Shown here: positions 7,415-10,036 of the stretch, in pieces | Layout of the letters: every line of letters starts with the position of its first letter | Position numbering within the stretch: the first letter of the stretch is position 1 | Assembly (NCBI RefSeq): GCF_006345805.1 | Contig: NW_021827720.1 | Coordinates: 1 to 10,036 of the forward strand | Length of the DNA: 10,036 nt | Direction of reading: 5' to 3' | Source of the DNA: Octopus sinensis | Taxonomy: Eukaryota | Notes under the pieces: model-generated | Told to the model about the DNA's origin: nothing | Database searches by the model: none | The model's input: the letters and a program-made list of their open reading frames with translations, nothing else | Translations under genes and position numbers: made by a program

Positions 7415-8880
7415 GTTAGTTAGTTAGTTAGTTAATTTTTTTTAGCTCAAAATGCAAAAAAGCAAGGCCATGTAGGGGGACATGGAGTTATGTACAGGGT
7501 GGTGTTCATGTAAAGAGTTCAAGCCACTTGTCGTCAAGGGAGACTTTGAACCGAGCAGTCGTCGGCATCTTCACCATCTCGTCCGGCATCTTATTCCACG
7601 GATCCGCAACCCAGACGGAGAAAGCCCCTCTCCTTCGATTGAGATGAAATCGTCGCAGATAGAGCTTTTCGGAATGACCCCGCAGCCGACGCTCTGGAGC
7701 AGGAGTGAAGAACAGCTCCTTCGAGAGGTTACACTTTCCGCTTATGATGTTGTGAGCAAGAATGAGATCACTACGGCGTCGTTGTTTTTCTAGAGAATAA
7801 AGGTCGAGCGTCTTCAGCCTTTCTTCATAAGACAAATTCTTGAGACCAAGAACCATGCGGGAAGCCAGCTTCTGGACTCTTTCGAGATGCTGTATGTCTT
7901 TGAGGAGATAAGGAGAAGAGGCTTGAATCCCGTACTCCAATATGGGTCTCACCAGTGTGACATAGAGCGGTAGGAATATGGCTGCTGTGAGCATTCCGAA
8001 TGACCGTCGAGTCAAGAACAGAACTCCGCGTGCTTTGTTGGCAGCATGGACGCACTGGGCCGAAGACGAAAAGGAGGAATCCACCAAGATACCCAGGTCC
8101 CTTACCTGATCGGTCCTCTCTAGCAGCAGACGACGCGGCTCGAAATCAAGTTGTGTTGAAGGAGGAGTGCCAACAGGCAGATGACAGCACTTTGACACGT
8201 TCAGACACAGGTCCCATTCGTTAGACCATCTTCAAATTTGGTGGAGGCATCGACGAAGATCCTCTATATCGCGAGGAGCGACCAGTTTGACATCGTCGGC
8301 AAATAGAAGGGTGTGTTGCGTGAGGTCGTCGGGCAAGTCATTTAAGAAGACTAAGATAATAAGGGCCCAAGCACTGAACCTTGAGGCACGCCACTGCTCG
8401 CACTGGAGACGTCGGCCCGTGAACCATTAACTTGGGCTTGGAAGAAGCGATCTGAGAGGAAGGCACCAACCCATCGTACAATATCCGGATGGAAATTACA
8501 TGCCTGAAGCTTGACAAGTAATAGGCGGTGGTTTACCGAGTCAAAATCTTTGGCAAAGTCCAAAAAAACGATGTCAACAGCATCACTATCATCGAGGATG
8601 CGCGTCACCAATTCTTCCATTACCAGTAAGTTGGTCAAGCATGATCTCTTCGGCACGAAGCCGTGTTGGGAATCAGAGATAGAGGCTGTGTTTTGGAGGT
8701 GGAGCATCATACTTTTCTTAAGGATGGTTTCGAACATCTTGCTGATTATTGATGTAAGGGAAACCGGTCGGTAGTTAAGCGGGTCTTCGCGGCTTCCTTT
8801 CTTGAAAATTGGGCAGATTATCGCTGTTCTCCAGTCCGCAGGTATAACACCCGTCGCCAATGACATATTGAATAGACGAT
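7413..8880 (-). mobile_element. 5'-truncated CR1-like LINE
   Basis: RT-coding remnant, ~70 nt 3' UTR (7436-7505) and (TAAC)n tandem tail (7413-7435). No TSD, as is common for CR1-group insertions. Confidence 0.92.
7506..8878 (-). pseudogene. Non-LTR reverse transcriptase (ORF2) pseudogene
   Basis: Motifs PIFKKG, NYRPVSLTS, QHGF, DIVFLDFAKDFDSV, GVPQGSVLGPLL, FADD (8292-8303), DLGILVD, RPILEYG. A 1-nt deletion near 8355 shifts the frame, and an in-frame TGA lies at 8232-8234. This joins ORFs 8351-8890 and 7506-8198. Confidence 0.95.
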
Positions 8881-8924
8881 GTATATACATATTTCAGGAG
8901 TTATTGCTTCCTCTTCAGTACCAC
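8880..8924 (-). ncRNA. Minimal type I hammerhead motif, copy 2 (core intact)
   Basis: GUGGUA-CUGAAGA(8918-8912)-GGAAG CAAUAA CUCCU-GAAA(8895-8892)-UAUGUAU-A/UACA. Predicted cleavage between 8884 and 8883. Helix II has one A-C mismatch and a G-U closing pair. Confidence 0.6.
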
Positions 8925-8997
8925 ATTCAACCCATTAACCTTTCACAAATAAGTTGCTTAAATAACCACTAAATTTCGGAGTGTAACTTTATTGGAT
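8880..8997 (-). repeat. Remainder of copy 2 of the tandem unit
   Basis: Ungapped match to 7141-7258 with 19 mismatches in 118 nt (84%). Truncated on the right by a SINE head fragment. Confidence 0.92.
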
Positions 8998-8998
8998 G

Positions 8999-9084
8999 TA
9001 GTAGAAAGGACATGCCCAGAGAGTCACGCAGTGGGGCTGAACTATGTGGTTGGGAACGAAATTTCTTACCACACAGCTACGCCA
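8999..9084 (-). mobile_element. Decayed SINE family A head fragment
   Basis: CACGCAGTGGGGCTGAAC..ATGTGGTTGGGAA..CTTACCACACAGCTACGCC matches the family-A head with an internal deletion. Confidence 0.75.
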
Positions 9085-9168
9085 AGACTATTTGTCTAAC
9101 ACGGAAGAGCTGAAGTATATATATTCTTTGTATTCTGTGTTCTGTATGCTCTATGTAAATATGTGTGC

Positions 9169-9169
<1 letters not shown>

Positions 9170-9220
<51 letters not shown>
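9170..9220. repeat. (TA)n microsatellite
   Basis: Pure TA run. Confidence 0.95.
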
Positions 9221-9225
<5 letters not shown>

Positions 9226-9600
9226 AAGTAGATAATGAATATCTTATTACGGATTATTCAAATGATAAACCGACACCTGGGTAGCAAAAATCACAACAGA
9301 AAAAGCACGGTTGAGGTTACGACCATGGGGCCTAAAATCCGTGCCTTAGTGCGGAAATTTGAAGTTTTATATATTTAGTGTAGGAAGAAATGGAGCTGAA
9401 CGAAGATTTAACAAAATTCCTTTTTATTATTTTCTACATATGTTTCAAAGGCTGCAAAGTCCCTAATTCGGATGAATAAGGAGTTCCATTTTGCAGCCTT
9501 CTCTTCAGGAAAATCCAGGAATTAATTCTCCAACAAAATGCACAGCAAGCTTTTCGACAAACGCTCACGAGGAGCCCATGGAATAAATGGGTTCCTACAC

Positions 9601-9603
<3 letters not shown>

Positions 9604-9642
<39 letters not shown>
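9604..9642. repeat. (TA)n microsatellite
   Basis: Pure TA run. Confidence 0.95.
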
Positions 9643-9643
<1 letters not shown>

Positions 9644-9986
9644 CCTTATGTACTTTCTAAAATCTCTGACGAAACCTCGAGAAACACCCAAGTACCTCAA
9701 TTTCATCTGCTAATTACTTCAATCTACTGGAGAGATAAAGGTACAATGAGGTTTCTGAAACAGCTGTAAGATATTTTCTCAATTTCTATTCTATTCAATT
9801 TCTATCCCTATATGTTATATATCTTAACAATTACTGGTATCTCTATATATTATACATGTAAAGCATAATATGTTATACATGTATGTATATTGTTTTAATT
9901 TTCATTTTAGTAGATAAATAAATAAATTGACATAATATGTCTAAAAGTTGATGAATACCACCTATTGATCCCCTCCATTTGATTAT

Positions 9987-9989
<3 letters not shown>

Positions 9990-10023
<34 letters not shown>

Positions 10024-10036
10024 ATATATATATATA
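9990..10036. repeat. (CT)n followed by (TA)n
   Basis: Direct reading. Confidence 0.9.

Noticed and set aside
7482-8774. Plus-strand and alternate-frame ORFs (7482-7793, 7825-8055, 8000-8224, 8511-8774)
   Set aside because: Shadow frames of the LINE RT.
9232-9706. Exon candidates and ORF 9434-9706 in the unique right-hand region
   Set aside because: Several weak acceptor/donor options in different frames; the ORF runs through a TA repeat; nothing recognisable.

Overview
AT-rich, repeat-dense eukaryotic DNA with no complete gene. The SINE set and microsatellite load resemble octopus (coleoid cephalopod) DNA; this is recognition from memory, not a search result. The window holds a 1.1 kb compound tetranucleotide microsatellite, which explains most ORF-track entries in 400-1579. 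It also holds about 11 tRNA-derived SINE copies or fragments from four families, and two non-LTR retrotransposon remnants on the minus strand. One remnant is a 1.47 kb CR1-like RT pseudogene. The other is a 0.3 kb LINE 3' end whose terminus matches the main SINE tail. The most unusual signal is a ~278 bp tandem unit (7055-7414, resuming at 8880-8997) carrying a minimal type I hammerhead-ribozyme motif on the minus strand, with the second unit split by the CR1-like LINE a few bases past the predicted cleavage site. One or two small plus-strand exons are possible (6829-7097) but unproven.
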